Shown here: positions 54,829 through 64,000 of the stretch, piece by piece
Position numbering within the stretch: position 1 is the stretch's first letter
Layout of the letters: each line of letters opens with the position of its first letter
From: an uncultured Rhodopirellula sp.
Lineage (GTDB): Bacteria; Planctomycetota; Planctomycetia; Pirellulales; Pirellulaceae
NCBI GenBank assembly: GCA_964007735.1
Contig: CAXGAI010000005.1
Location: 1 to 64,000 of the forward strand
Direction: 5' to 3'
DNA: 64,000 nt
Program-made: the position numbers and the translations under genes
Notes under the pieces: generated by a model
Databases searched by the model: none
Told to the model about the DNA's origin: nothing
Seen by the model: only the letters and a program-made list of their open reading frames with translations

Positions 54829-55584
54829 ATGTCTGATGTTGCTGTCATTATTGTTGCCGCCGGGAAGAGTACTCGCTTTAATGATAAAAAAGATAAGAAG
54901 CCTTTTGTATCCGTGAATGCAAGGGCATTGTGGCTACATAGTGTCGACAGGTTTATACAACGCGATGATGTTAAACAGCTCATTCTCGTCATTGCAGAGG
55001 ATGATCAACAGATTTTTGATGAGCGATTTCGAGCGGAAGCCACAATTTTAGACGTGGAAGTTGTCTATGGAGGAGATAGCCGCGCAGAGTCTGTATGGAA
55101 TGGGCTAAAAACGGTTGATGAAGACATTCATCTGGTTGTTGTTCACGATGCAGCCCGTCCCTGTATAGCAGAGGTCTGGCTGGATGAGTTGTTTGAACGG
55201 GCAAAACAGACAGGAGCGGCTATTTTGGGAACACCAGTGGTTTCCACAGTGAAGAGGGTTACGGTAGACGGAGTTTGCGAAACGATCTCACGGGACGGAC
55301 TGTGGGAGTCACAGACCCCTCAGATGTTTGATAAGTCAAAGTTACTTCAAGCTTTTAAAACTGCGCAGGACTATACGGCAGCGACCGATGAGGCACAATT
55401 GATGGAGTGGGCGGGGCACACTGTGAGTGTGGTGCCGGCATCCCCTCTGAATAGGAAAGTCACTACTCAGGAAGACCTGAAGTTTATCGAATTTGCAATC
55501 CAAGCATTGCCGAAACGAAGACTTGATGGACCTGCTGGTAGCGACAGTTCCAGTCCATTGGAAAATAGCGATTTCTGGAAATAG
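54829..55584 (+). CDS. ispD: 2-C-methyl-D-erythritol 4-phosphate cytidylyltransferase
   Basis: AAGKSTRF, GGDSRAESV, VHDAARP, QTPQMF, TDEA and N.KVTT.EDL. Confidence 0.94.
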   Translation: MSDVAVIIVAAGKSTRFNDKKDKKPFVSVNARALWLHSVDRFIQRDDVKQLILVIAEDDQQIFDERFRAEATILDVEVVYGGDSRAESVWNGLKTVDEDIHLVVVHDAARPCIAEVWLDELFERAKQTGAAILGTPVVSTVKRVTVDGVCETISRDGLWESQTPQMFDKSKLLQAFKTAQDYTAATDEAQLMEWAGHTVSVVPASPLNRKVTTQEDLKFIEFAIQALPKRRLDGPAGSDSSSPLENSDFWK

Positions 55585-55594
55585 GAGAAGAGAA

Positions 55595-56032
55595 TTGTCG
55601 ACTGAGGTAAATGCATTTTTAGCGATAGACCGTGATAATGCGAAAGTAATGTTTTCGGTGCGAGAACCTAATGCATTGCATGCATTTCTGAGCGACTATC
55701 AGTATTTAGAAGAGCAGCGTTTAGATGTGGCTGATTACTGGCAACAAGTGAATGAGTGTTTGCAAAAGATAGGTCAGGAAAATGAACAACTGGCAGTACC
55801 GCTTTCCATGGCATTTGATGGTGGGCGGCCGCTACTGAATGAGCCTCCAAAGCGTGTGTTCCTCGTGCGCCCGGATGTTGTAGGCTATCTCGGAACAATA
55901 TTGAGTGAATTAAATCTCGAGGAAATCGAATGTACGCTAGATATTCGCAACGAATTGACTCGGCTACGCGATTTCTATGTCCTGGCTGCAAAGAGTTTGC
56001 AATGTGTCATATTCACAACAGGCATTCTCTGA
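55595..56032 (+). CDS. DUF1877/YfbM-like protein
   Basis: TTG start after AGGAG; LDV..YW, PL..AF.GG and LRDFY..AA....VIF pattern. Confidence 0.55.
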   Translation: MSTEVNAFLAIDRDNAKVMFSVREPNALHAFLSDYQYLEEQRLDVADYWQQVNECLQKIGQENEQLAVPLSMAFDGGRPLLNEPPKRVFLVRPDVVGYLGTILSELNLEEIECTLDIRNELTRLRDFYVLAAKSLQCVIFTTGIL

Positions 56033-56083
56033 GATAATTAAGCTTCAAATCAACTTCGTCCTTTTCACCAGACGTTTTCATCT

Positions 56084-57361
56084 ATGAACGATATCTACGC
56101 AGACTTTTCCGCTCGCGGTCTTATTCATCAGACTACGGATGACCTTGCTCCGTGGCTCCAAGAGAAGTCTCGTACGATGTATATCGGCTTTGATCCAACC
56201 GCTGACAGTATGCATGTTGGTCACCTTATGCAAGTGATGACTTTGCGGCGATTTCAAAAGGCGGGCCATCGTCCGATTGCATTGGTCGGTGGTGCTACCG
56301 GAATGATTGGTGATCCTAGTGGAAAGAGTCAGGAACGCAATCTTCTGACCGTTGATCAACTCCATGCCAACACCGAGGCGATCAAAAGCCAGATGCAAAA
56401 CTTCCTCGACTTTGATGAAGATGGTGGGGGTGCAATTTTAGCAAACAACCTCAGCTGGATGCAGGACTTTTCATTCCTAGAGTTCCTGCGCGACATTGGA
56501 AAGAATTTTCCGGTCAATGTGATGCTTGGTAAAGACTCCGTAAAGAGTCGGCTTGAGGGTGAGAGTGGACTCAGCTACACGGAATTTAGTTATATGTTGT
56601 TGCAGGCCTATGACTTCGCTCACTTACACCAAAAGTACGAATGTGAGTTACAGGTCGGTGGCAGTGACCAGTGGGGTAATATTACCGCCGGTATTGATTT
56701 GGGACGCCGAATGCATGGTGCTGCATTATATGGAATGACCTGCCCTTTATTGACCAAATCAGATGGCACTAAGATGGGGAAAACTGAATCAGGAGCCGTA
56801 TGGCTATCGCCTGAGAGGACGAGTCCTTACAAGTTCTATCAGTACTGGATTAACGTTGCTGATGATGATGCAGGCAAGTGTTTGCGGTTTCTAACCGAGT
56901 TATCGATAGATGAAATTTCTAGTCTCGATACTTCTCGTGAAAATGAACCACATCTGCGTCATAGTCAAAAACGACTAGCTGAAGAGCTGACACTTAATGT
57001 GCATCGGCAGGACGGTCTGGCTGCAGCTCGTAGAGCGACCGACATTTTCTTTGGATCGGAGATTCAGGATTTAAATGACGGTCAGTTGTTGGATATCTTC
57101 GCAGATGTACCAAGTGTTAATGCTTCCAAAGATGCTTTGGCGGGTGGGGAAATCAACATTATTGATGCTTTAGTTAATAGTCAATTGTGCCCTAGCCGGG
57201 GAGATGCGCGCCGAGCTATCGAACAAGGCGGTGGATATATTAATAACCGCCGCGTGGAATCAATCGACTACAATCTTACACCCCAAGATTTGGCGAGCGA
57301 GACTGTTGTGGTCTTGCGGCGTGGTAAGAAGAAATACGCCTTGATTCGTTTTGAGAGCTAA
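56084..57361 (+). CDS. tyrS: Tyrosine--tRNA ligase
   Basis: YIGFDPTADSMHVGH, LLQAYDF, GGSDQWGNI, KMGKT and S4-like C-terminus RRGKK. Confidence 0.98.
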   Translation: MNDIYADFSARGLIHQTTDDLAPWLQEKSRTMYIGFDPTADSMHVGHLMQVMTLRRFQKAGHRPIALVGGATGMIGDPSGKSQERNLLTVDQLHANTEAIKSQMQNFLDFDEDGGGAILANNLSWMQDFSFLEFLRDIGKNFPVNVMLGKDSVKSRLEGESGLSYTEFSYMLLQAYDFAHLHQKYECELQVGGSDQWGNITAGIDLGRRMHGAALYGMTCPLLTKSDGTKMGKTESGAVWLSPERTSPYKFYQYWINVADDDAGKCLRFLTELSIDEISSLDTSRENEPHLRHSQKRLAEELTLNVHRQDGLAAARRATDIFFGSEIQDLNDGQLLDIFADVPSVNASKDALAGGEINIIDALVNSQLCPSRGDARRAIEQGGGYINNRRVESIDYNLTPQDLASETVVVLRRGKKKYALIRFES

Positions 57362-57380
57362 TCGGCTAAGGACTAATCTC

Positions 57381-58052
57381 ATGAAGATGTCCTGGCGGAA
57401 GTTCTTCTATATTCTCCTAGGCTTCGGTGTCCTAGTGGTTCTGGTCGCTCTGTACCTGATGTTTCTAATACGAACTGTTCCTGCAATCTACGAGAAGGAA
57501 CTGAAACGTCCTTTGTCGACCTATAACGAACCAGTTCAAGAGTTCCTTGAGGCGGTTGATGATATCGAGGAGAATCTCCGTCTTGGTGACGATTTCGACT
57601 ACGAAGTTACACAGGAGCAAATTAATGGTTGGCTGGCAACACAGCTAAAAGGTAACTCTCGCGTGTCCTTGCCATCAGGGATTGAAAGTCCCCGAGTCCT
57701 ATTAGAAGGTAAGAGTCAAATGATCTATTTCACGATCGTTAGACCAAGGTTTCGCGCAGCTATTTCCCTTAAGCTCGAAACAAAACTGTCTGATCAGCCT
57801 AATACGATTGAACTGAAGATCCAGTCGATACATGCAGGTAGTTTGCCAATTCGCCTAAAGCGAATATTTGATGAAATTGAGTCCGCCATGATACGCTCCG
57901 GAGTTGATTTCAAGTGGAAAGCCGGGACTGAACGCTCGGTCGCCATTATTCATATCCCATCGAAGGTGAGAATAAAACGCGAACGCGAACTACAGATTAC
58001 TGAATTGGATTTTCAGCCCGGAAGCGTACATATAACGGTTGAAGTCGATTAA
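57381..58052 (+). CDS. Membrane-anchored hypothetical protein
   Basis: N-terminal TM, TQEQINGWL and AGSLPI; ATG after AAGGA. Confidence 0.7.
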   Translation: MKMSWRKFFYILLGFGVLVVLVALYLMFLIRTVPAIYEKELKRPLSTYNEPVQEFLEAVDDIEENLRLGDDFDYEVTQEQINGWLATQLKGNSRVSLPSGIESPRVLLEGKSQMIYFTIVRPRFRAAISLKLETKLSDQPNTIELKIQSIHAGSLPIRLKRIFDEIESAMIRSGVDFKWKAGTERSVAIIHIPSKVRIKRERELQITELDFQPGSVHITVEVD

Positions 58053-58420
58053 TTCAGTTTGATCCGAAACTGCCAGTTCGTTCCCTTCAGACACGTAGCG
58101 TCAAGTATTCCCTGTAGTTGGTCTGACTTAAGCTTTATTTCCCACTGGCTGTCATCAAGAGAGATGATTTTTGTATAGAGCCCAGTGACGCATCGTGTTA
58201 CACGTCCACGGCCTCCGGAAATCGTTCCTTCGTAGTCTAAATATGCAAGACGATGTGGTGGCAATTGAATAGCATGGAAGGTCGTGGACTGTGTTGGGAT
58301 CCTATCCCATCGCCATGTGGCTAAAAAAGTTTGCTCTTGGGTTTCTAGCATAAAGTCAAAGTGTTCTGGTTGACTTGAGGCGGGACCAGGTTCATGAAGT
58401 AGAATTACAAAACGTGGCAT
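58049..58420 (-). CDS. Stand-alone LigD 3'-phosphoesterase-like domain protein
   Basis: RFVIL.H, HFDFMLE, L.TW and HRLAYLDYEG.I.G.RG.V. Confidence 0.75.
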   Translation of the reverse strand: MPRFVILLHEPGPASSQPEHFDFMLETQEQTFLATWRWDRIPTQSTTFHAIQLPPHRLAYLDYEGTISGGRGRVTRCVTGLYTKIISLDDSQWEIKLKSDQLQGILDATCLKGTNWQFRIKLN

Positions 58421-58423
58421 CAG

Positions 58424-61400
58424 TTATTTAGCCGGCACAATCGCGACTTCCTCGTTAATTTCGATAGTGTTTTCCAAGCCATCGGCACTGATCGAAGCAC
58501 TAATCTTTCCTTTCCCTTCTTGGGTTGCCCTAACCTTGACCTGATAGGGAAGAATGGATGTGTCGGTTGCTAAGCGGGCGATCGCAGGAATCGAGACGGA
58601 ATGATTATCACGATCTAACGCATTAGTAAACTTGCCCGAGTCGGTCTCTTCTTGCTCCAGTGAAACAACCTCAAAGTGTTCACTGGTTTGCATTAAGATC
58701 ACAATATTTGCGACCTCAGAATCCCCACGGTTTTTGAGATAGATAAAGAAAACGTTTTCATCGCCTACTGAGATTGGATTACTGAGAGTTAATACTTTGA
58801 GACTGAGGGCCGGACGACTGAATGTAACGGCAGGAATTAGGCTTGGCTCACGGGCTGAATCCTGTGATGAGTTGTTGGTTTCTGATGAAGGAGATTTCTT
58901 GGGGTTTGATGGAGCCTCAGGTTTAACGTCAGCACCTTCTGTGGGCTGCTCCGCAGGAAGGCTCAGTTCGAGGGGCAGCGTGTCAGAAGGTGCATCGCTT
59001 TCGACGGTTGGAATCGCAGGAGTAAAAGTGTTTTTAGGAGTTTGTTCAGGAAGAGAGTTCGGTGGCTCTACTTTGAAAGTATTGTCCTCCACAGACGGTT
59101 GTGGCATTGGAATGTCCGGCTGAACTGGAGGTTCGTTAAGTTGGAAAGTGCCTTCATCCGTGGGACTTGGAAGCCCATTGTTTGGCACTTTGGCAGTATT
59201 GGGATCGGGAATTGGCTGTCCTGCCGACAGCATTGGCTCCTCTACTGCCATAGGTTCTTCGTCTGGTGGAGGTGATAAATCTAATGGATTATCAGCAGCG
59301 TTTTTAATAATAGTACTCTGCTCCGTCTTCACAATTTGCGTTATGGCATCACCAGTGACTTCCATTTGGATTGGAAGTTCCGTTCCGACTTCAGTAGCAA
59401 GCATCTGAATGATGAGAGTTCGGGTTTGGCCGGGGAGCAGGGTTGGTATATCCAACAAAATGGACGGCCCTTCACTGCGGTGACCTTCAGTGGCAAGTTG
59501 AGCTTGTAATTGTGTTGGTAAAGTCGCCTTGATCAGGACATTGGTAATGGGCTGCTTTGATTGATTTGAAATCTGGAAGCGTTTCGTATTTGTCTTCCCT
59601 ATTTCCCATGCCTGATCGACCTGCTCGCTGATAATAGTGGCTTCAATGATAGGTGCGGCCGTTGTTTCAGCTTGAATAGGAGTACTAATTTCAATACAAA
59701 CCTCCTTCTCTAGCACCAATCCATTGGTGAGTCTGGCTTCTAATGTATGGCACAACGTACCGGCTCTGGTGGCTCGCATGGAAATCGCTTTGACGGTCGT
59801 GCTATTGGGTTGAATCGTCCGCGATTGGAAAGCGAGCTTTCGAACGGAAGGGTTGCCGTGTGGATTGGATTTGGAGATGTGAATCAGACCTGGCCCCAGA
59901 GTCTCCAGTAAATTCAGGCCGGAAATAGGCTCTGTTGAAGAATTATGTAAGAGGATCTGAAATTGGAGATCGTCCCCTAGTTTCGCGATGCGGGGACCTT
60001 CAATCGTGATTTTCAAGGGAGCCGTAACAACATTGGTTAACGACCCAGCATCTGATTGTAGGCCTTCATCGCAGGTGACCAGAAAGCTGAGATTATTTTC
60101 TCCTGCTTGGCTCGTCTTATAACGAAGGGTCAGTTGTTTTTGTGTTTGTGGTGTTAGCTCGCCAATATTCCAAATGGCTTGTTTTCCATTTAGAGTGGCA
60201 ACGGGGTTGCTGGAGTCCAGCGAGAGTCCGGCTGGGATTACTTGATTCAGAGTGACATTGGAGGCTGTTTGGTTACCCGGATTGGAGATTGTCACGATAC
60301 AGTCCATCGTTTTCCCGAGTTCCACGATTTGAGGGCTGGAGCAAGAGAGGGAGAGTCCAGGTGAATTCCAGGTAACACCTGCAGTGGACTCTCCTACGAC
60401 TAAGGCAGGAGTTCCGAGTGATACGTCGGCCGGTCGGATAATTTCTGTTGTGACGTAAACAACACCAGCTTGGTTGACGTTGGGAGAAACTCGTATGGCT
60501 GCTTTTCCCTGAGCATCTGTCGTCACGTCAATCGTGTCGAGTTGTTCATTACTAGATTGCGAAGAAAGCGTTGCCTGACGATTACTAACCAATTTGTATC
60601 GTACGGTCCATCCGGACAGTGGAGTATTGTTGGATGGCCGCGTAATGGTGGTGGTTAATACCTGATCTGAGCCGGCATCACCGGAGACTGAATTTGGAAA
60701 TTGCCATTGAGCATCGATCCAGTGCACCAAGATCTTCTGAAATTGCTTATCCCAGTTTGTTTCGGTTGAGGCACCGACAAGAATTTCGGTGGTTCCTTTC
60801 CGGTCTGATGAGACAACGGCCCAGGCTTCCCCCCGGGCGACATCAATATCGTCAATGTAGTCAACGGTATCCTGGTGGACAACTTCTGCACGTTGGGAGG
60901 TGATGGTATGGGCATAGGTTTCTGAAGCCCTATTTCCATATTTGGGAAATAGCCAACGGAACGTATTCGGATTTCCGCCGCCTGCACTTTCAATGATTCC
61001 CTGACTACCCTCAGTCACAGTCCATTCGAGCTTGCGATCGGAGAGCAATTGCTTCTTCGATCCAACAAGTCCGGCTTTCACCACCACAGCACTTCCGATT
61101 GGTGCAGCTACAACCTTAGGCGAGACCCAAATCATTCCGGGCGTAATTTCAGATGGATTCTGGTCTTGTTCATTGGAAAGGGTTGCCAGACCTTCATCCG
61201 ATGGTGTTCCCGGAGCAGGAGCTCTGAATGCTGGCTTGGGGATTATTGTCGGAAGGTCACGCACCTTTTCGGTATCTTTGAAAGGACGAGTGATCTCGGT
61301 CGTGTCGCCATTGACAAATAGTCCGTTGCCGTTGGAGTCAATTTTAGGGAGACTCATTGGGCTGCAGCCAACCAGCAAAGTACAGGCAAAAGTAAGACTA

Positions 61401-61492
61401 GTCAGAAACCAGACACGCGCAGAAGGTCGAAACAGACCATCTCTGTATGAATATGCTTGTTTAGAAAACGCCACCCCACGTTGTCCTTTCAT
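58424..61492 (-). CDS. Large lipoprotein with DUF11/Ig-like repeats and Pro-rich linker
   Basis: Lipobox LLVG-C; repeated I.ISNPG..ASNV.L...IP.GL modules. Confidence 0.75.
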   Translation of the reverse strand: MKGQRGVAFSKQAYSYRDGLFRPSARVWFLTSLTFACTLLVGCSPMSLPKIDSNGNGLFVNGDTTEITRPFKDTEKVRDLPTIIPKPAFRAPAPGTPSDEGLATLSNEQDQNPSEITPGMIWVSPKVVAAPIGSAVVVKAGLVGSKKQLLSDRKLEWTVTEGSQGIIESAGGGNPNTFRWLFPKYGNRASETYAHTITSQRAEVVHQDTVDYIDDIDVARGEAWAVVSSDRKGTTEILVGASTETNWDKQFQKILVHWIDAQWQFPNSVSGDAGSDQVLTTTITRPSNNTPLSGWTVRYKLVSNRQATLSSQSSNEQLDTIDVTTDAQGKAAIRVSPNVNQAGVVYVTTEIIRPADVSLGTPALVVGESTAGVTWNSPGLSLSCSSPQIVELGKTMDCIVTISNPGNQTASNVTLNQVIPAGLSLDSSNPVATLNGKQAIWNIGELTPQTQKQLTLRYKTSQAGENNLSFLVTCDEGLQSDAGSLTNVVTAPLKITIEGPRIAKLGDDLQFQILLHNSSTEPISGLNLLETLGPGLIHISKSNPHGNPSVRKLAFQSRTIQPNSTTVKAISMRATRAGTLCHTLEARLTNGLVLEKEVCIEISTPIQAETTAAPIIEATIISEQVDQAWEIGKTNTKRFQISNQSKQPITNVLIKATLPTQLQAQLATEGHRSEGPSILLDIPTLLPGQTRTLIIQMLATEVGTELPIQMEVTGDAITQIVKTEQSTIIKNAADNPLDLSPPPDEEPMAVEEPMLSAGQPIPDPNTAKVPNNGLPSPTDEGTFQLNEPPVQPDIPMPQPSVEDNTFKVEPPNSLPEQTPKNTFTPAIPTVESDAPSDTLPLELSLPAEQPTEGADVKPEAPSNPKKSPSSETNNSSQDSAREPSLIPAVTFSRPALSLKVLTLSNPISVGDENVFFIYLKNRGDSEVANIVILMQTSEHFEVVSLEQEETDSGKFTNALDRDNHSVSIPAIARLATDTSILPYQVKVRATQEGKGKISASISADGLENTIEINEEVAIVPAK

Positions 61493-61811
61493 CTAAGGTT
61501 CAACTAACACTATTATTTGAGAAAGCACCATTTTGAGTTAAGACGAATTTCCCCATTTCGAGCGGTACGGCAAAAAAAACATCTAAAAACAGTTAAATCA
61601 GGGGGAGTTTGGGGGTTAGTTGAACTTGCGACAATTGGCAATCTGGGAAAGAATACTTCCGCGTTTTGCGCAAATAGATAATTAGACATAAATGTGCATG
61701 CCTGAATGGATTATTAACGTATAAAATTCGAACATGACTTTGCAACATATTAGATACATAAAACAAGAAAATCCGAGGCTCAGAAGTCTGGCTCGGCGAA
61801 GGGAGAATAGT

Positions 61812-63941
61812 ATGCAGCGTTGTTTTCAGAACATAGTTGCAGGTATTTCATTACTCAGTCTTTTGGTTGGAGCTTTTCTGCTCACTGCTCCACTATGTGC
61901 TGATGATTTAACCGATGCCATTGATCGTGTAACACAAACGTCAGATTTGCTCATTAGTACGCAAAAGAAAGAAAGGGCGATTGCGTCGATTCGAAATGGT
62001 CTTCAGTATGACACGCTCGAAGCATTGCTTCGACAAGGTGTTACAGCCAAGAAAGAGGATATTGCAAAGCTCCGGGACCACTATATCGAGACGATTCCAG
62101 ACTTCCCGAAAAAGACGAGAGTCACTGCTGAGCAGATTCGTCAGGCTCTTGAAAAATGGGTTCAAAGCTTGCCCTCTCAAGACCTGAAGCAGATTCTGGA
62201 ACAGTTGAAGAAGGGGGCCCCTGACTTCACACCGATTACCGGTGAGCAGGTCACAAAGACCCGGAAAGCATTAGATGTCGCATTGACCAATATGACAGCA
62301 TTTTTGAATGCCGGTGAAGTTGAATTCGACTGGAAAGAACAACTGCAATGGGACCTGCTGCAGGAAGAGTTAGAGAAAGATAAGCCAAATCTTGGTCGTA
62401 TGCAGGCTAGCCTAAATGGTTTCTATGGTGCCGATGTCGTTGGTTTGGAACGTCCCGAGTTTACAAACGTCCGAACTACATTACGAGCTTATATGAATGC
62501 TATGTTCTTTAAGACGAATCCTAATTCTAAGGCCATGTATGAAGCGCAGATTGGAAACTTGATTACCGCTTTAGATAACTACACAGAGCAGGCTAATAAC
62601 GATACCGCTTGGCAGGTGGGGCGCATTATTGGATGGCTTGATCGAGCAGCCCAGGCAAGCGATGTTCAACAGCAGATACGTTATCACTTCTATCAGCCCA
62701 ATATTTACCTTCATGTCTCCCAGAATCTTATTTCTGCTGGTGAATTAATGGAGGTTGATGAGACTCAACCGTTGAAAACAGAGGTAAAAGGGCTGGAAGT
62801 CGTAGGAGAAGCCCGTTTACGGGGCCAGATATCTTTTCAGATTGCTGAATCTCAGGAAAAAGCAACTTTGCGGGTGATTCTTGATGGTACAGCGATAAGT
62901 CGAAATGTCGCCCAAAAATCAGGCGTTACCGTGGTGACTCGAGGCACAACAACACTACAGGCAACAAAGCTAGTTGGTTTTGACGGCGATGGTTTCTCCA
63001 CGGAACCAGCCCAAGCTGAAGCGACGACTAAACTGGAACTCGATAGTATTGAAGGGCCTTCTTCGACCCATGAATCCATCGCTAAGACTAAATTTATCAA
63101 GACCAGATCTGAAAATGAAAAAGGTGCGTCTGCCATAGCTGTTGAGTCAGTTACATCTAAAATGGATGCTCAGGTGCTGGATTTACTTGCCAATGTGATT
63201 GATGGTTATCAGGACAAGGTTCGTAATCCTCTTATTCGCCGTGGAGGTTTTCCGGTGAATGTAAATTCGACCAGCACGGCGGACTATATTCGATTGAATA
63301 TGCTTCAGACGGGACGATATCAGCTTGCATCGCCAACAGAACCCCCTGCTCTAAATATAGGTACAGATGTCGCTCTGAGGCTGCATGAGTCGTTTATAAG
63401 GAACTTTACCGAGGTAGTCTTAGGCGGTGTTGAATTGACGGACGAAAAGTTGGTGGAACATATGACAGATCTTGGTGCAGAAGTTCCTGAAGAACTAAGA
63501 ACAGGCAAAGGGAAAAAGTCCTGGGCCATCACTTTCTCCAATACTCAGCCGATTAGCGTTAGTTTCCGTGACAATCAGCTAGAAATTGCTATTCAGGGCA
63601 AGCAGTTCCGCGATGGTGCCAAAGTAATTAATGATCGAATTCGCATTGCAGCAACCTATAACGTGCTTAAAACCGATGAAGGTATGCAACTGTTGCGAGA
63701 AGGGGATGTGAATGTTCAGTTCATTGGCAAACAATCTTTGACCGTTGGGCAGGTAGCTATGAAGACTGTGATGAGTAAAAAGTTCAATGCATTCTTCAAA
63801 GATGACATCGTCGGCAAAGGTGGCATTCCTCTTCCAGGAAACTGGGCATCAGCAGGAAATTTGATCTTGCAACAGATCGTGTCAGATAATGGATGGTTAA
63901 TGCTATCTTATAACCTTGGAAAAGGTGCTCCGGCAGAATAG
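61812..63941 (+). CDS. Exported hypothetical protein (helical N-half, beta-rich C-half)
   Basis: Long ORF; ATG after GGGAG; signal peptide ending PLCA-DD. Confidence 0.75.
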   Translation: MQRCFQNIVAGISLLSLLVGAFLLTAPLCADDLTDAIDRVTQTSDLLISTQKKERAIASIRNGLQYDTLEALLRQGVTAKKEDIAKLRDHYIETIPDFPKKTRVTAEQIRQALEKWVQSLPSQDLKQILEQLKKGAPDFTPITGEQVTKTRKALDVALTNMTAFLNAGEVEFDWKEQLQWDLLQEELEKDKPNLGRMQASLNGFYGADVVGLERPEFTNVRTTLRAYMNAMFFKTNPNSKAMYEAQIGNLITALDNYTEQANNDTAWQVGRIIGWLDRAAQASDVQQQIRYHFYQPNIYLHVSQNLISAGELMEVDETQPLKTEVKGLEVVGEARLRGQISFQIAESQEKATLRVILDGTAISRNVAQKSGVTVVTRGTTTLQATKLVGFDGDGFSTEPAQAEATTKLELDSIEGPSSTHESIAKTKFIKTRSENEKGASAIAVESVTSKMDAQVLDLLANVIDGYQDKVRNPLIRRGGFPVNVNSTSTADYIRLNMLQTGRYQLASPTEPPALNIGTDVALRLHESFIRNFTEVVLGGVELTDEKLVEHMTDLGAEVPEELRTGKGKKSWAITFSNTQPISVSFRDNQLEIAIQGKQFRDGAKVINDRIRIAATYNVLKTDEGMQLLREGDVNVQFIGKQSLTVGQVAMKTVMSKKFNAFFKDDIVGKGGIPLPGNWASAGNLILQQIVSDNGWLMLSYNLGKGAPAE

Positions 63942-64000
63942 TAAGTCCCATGGAAGTGATTTTTCAATGTGAAAGCAATGGAAAACAACAAAGAGGATTG

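Noticed and set aside
56033..56083. T-box leader for tyrS
   Set aside because: Intergenic space is only about 50 bp
1..64000. CRISPR array, IS element or prophage
   Set aside because: All tandem repeats seen are in-frame coding repeats without unique spacers; no transposase, integrase or phage genes recognised

Overview
Gene-dense chromosomal segment of a Planctomycetota bacterium, probably Pirellulaceae-like. The assignment rests on the DUF1549/DUF1553-DUF1501 module, a PVC-type heme CxxCH protein, a TIGR03067 protein, the planctomycete-type S4 and multiple csrA genes. I found no prophage, IS element or CRISPR array. In order, the window holds: rpsD-lpdA-aceE-aceF; DUF1549/DUF1501/WD40; a Gly/Met-rich lipoprotein; lptF/G; an aminotransferase; comF; DUF502-hemC; csrA; mqnD; tRNA-Glu(TTC); a second csrA; then a 13-kb complex I-like operon (nuoI-DUF2203-nuoA-C-D-H-J-K-L-M-N-ferritin-like). 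After that come tatD, redox and sugar-metabolism genes, two GT-C glycosyltransferases, yhiN, a STEAP-like membrane protein, possible B12-uptake genes, fadD, ispD, tyrS, a stand-alone LigD phosphoesterase and large exported proteins. The best candidate for an undescribed system is the complex I-like operon. It has no nuoEFG and no nuoB, and it carries two extra co-transcribed genes. Its NuoL has His-rich inserts and a 27-residue duplication of the lateral helix, the hallmark of 2M complexes with an extra proton pump, yet the operon has only one nuoM. Directly upstream is a two-csrA locus with a dense GGA cluster that looks like a CsrA-titrating RNA. All family assignments are from motif recognition by eye; no database searches were run.
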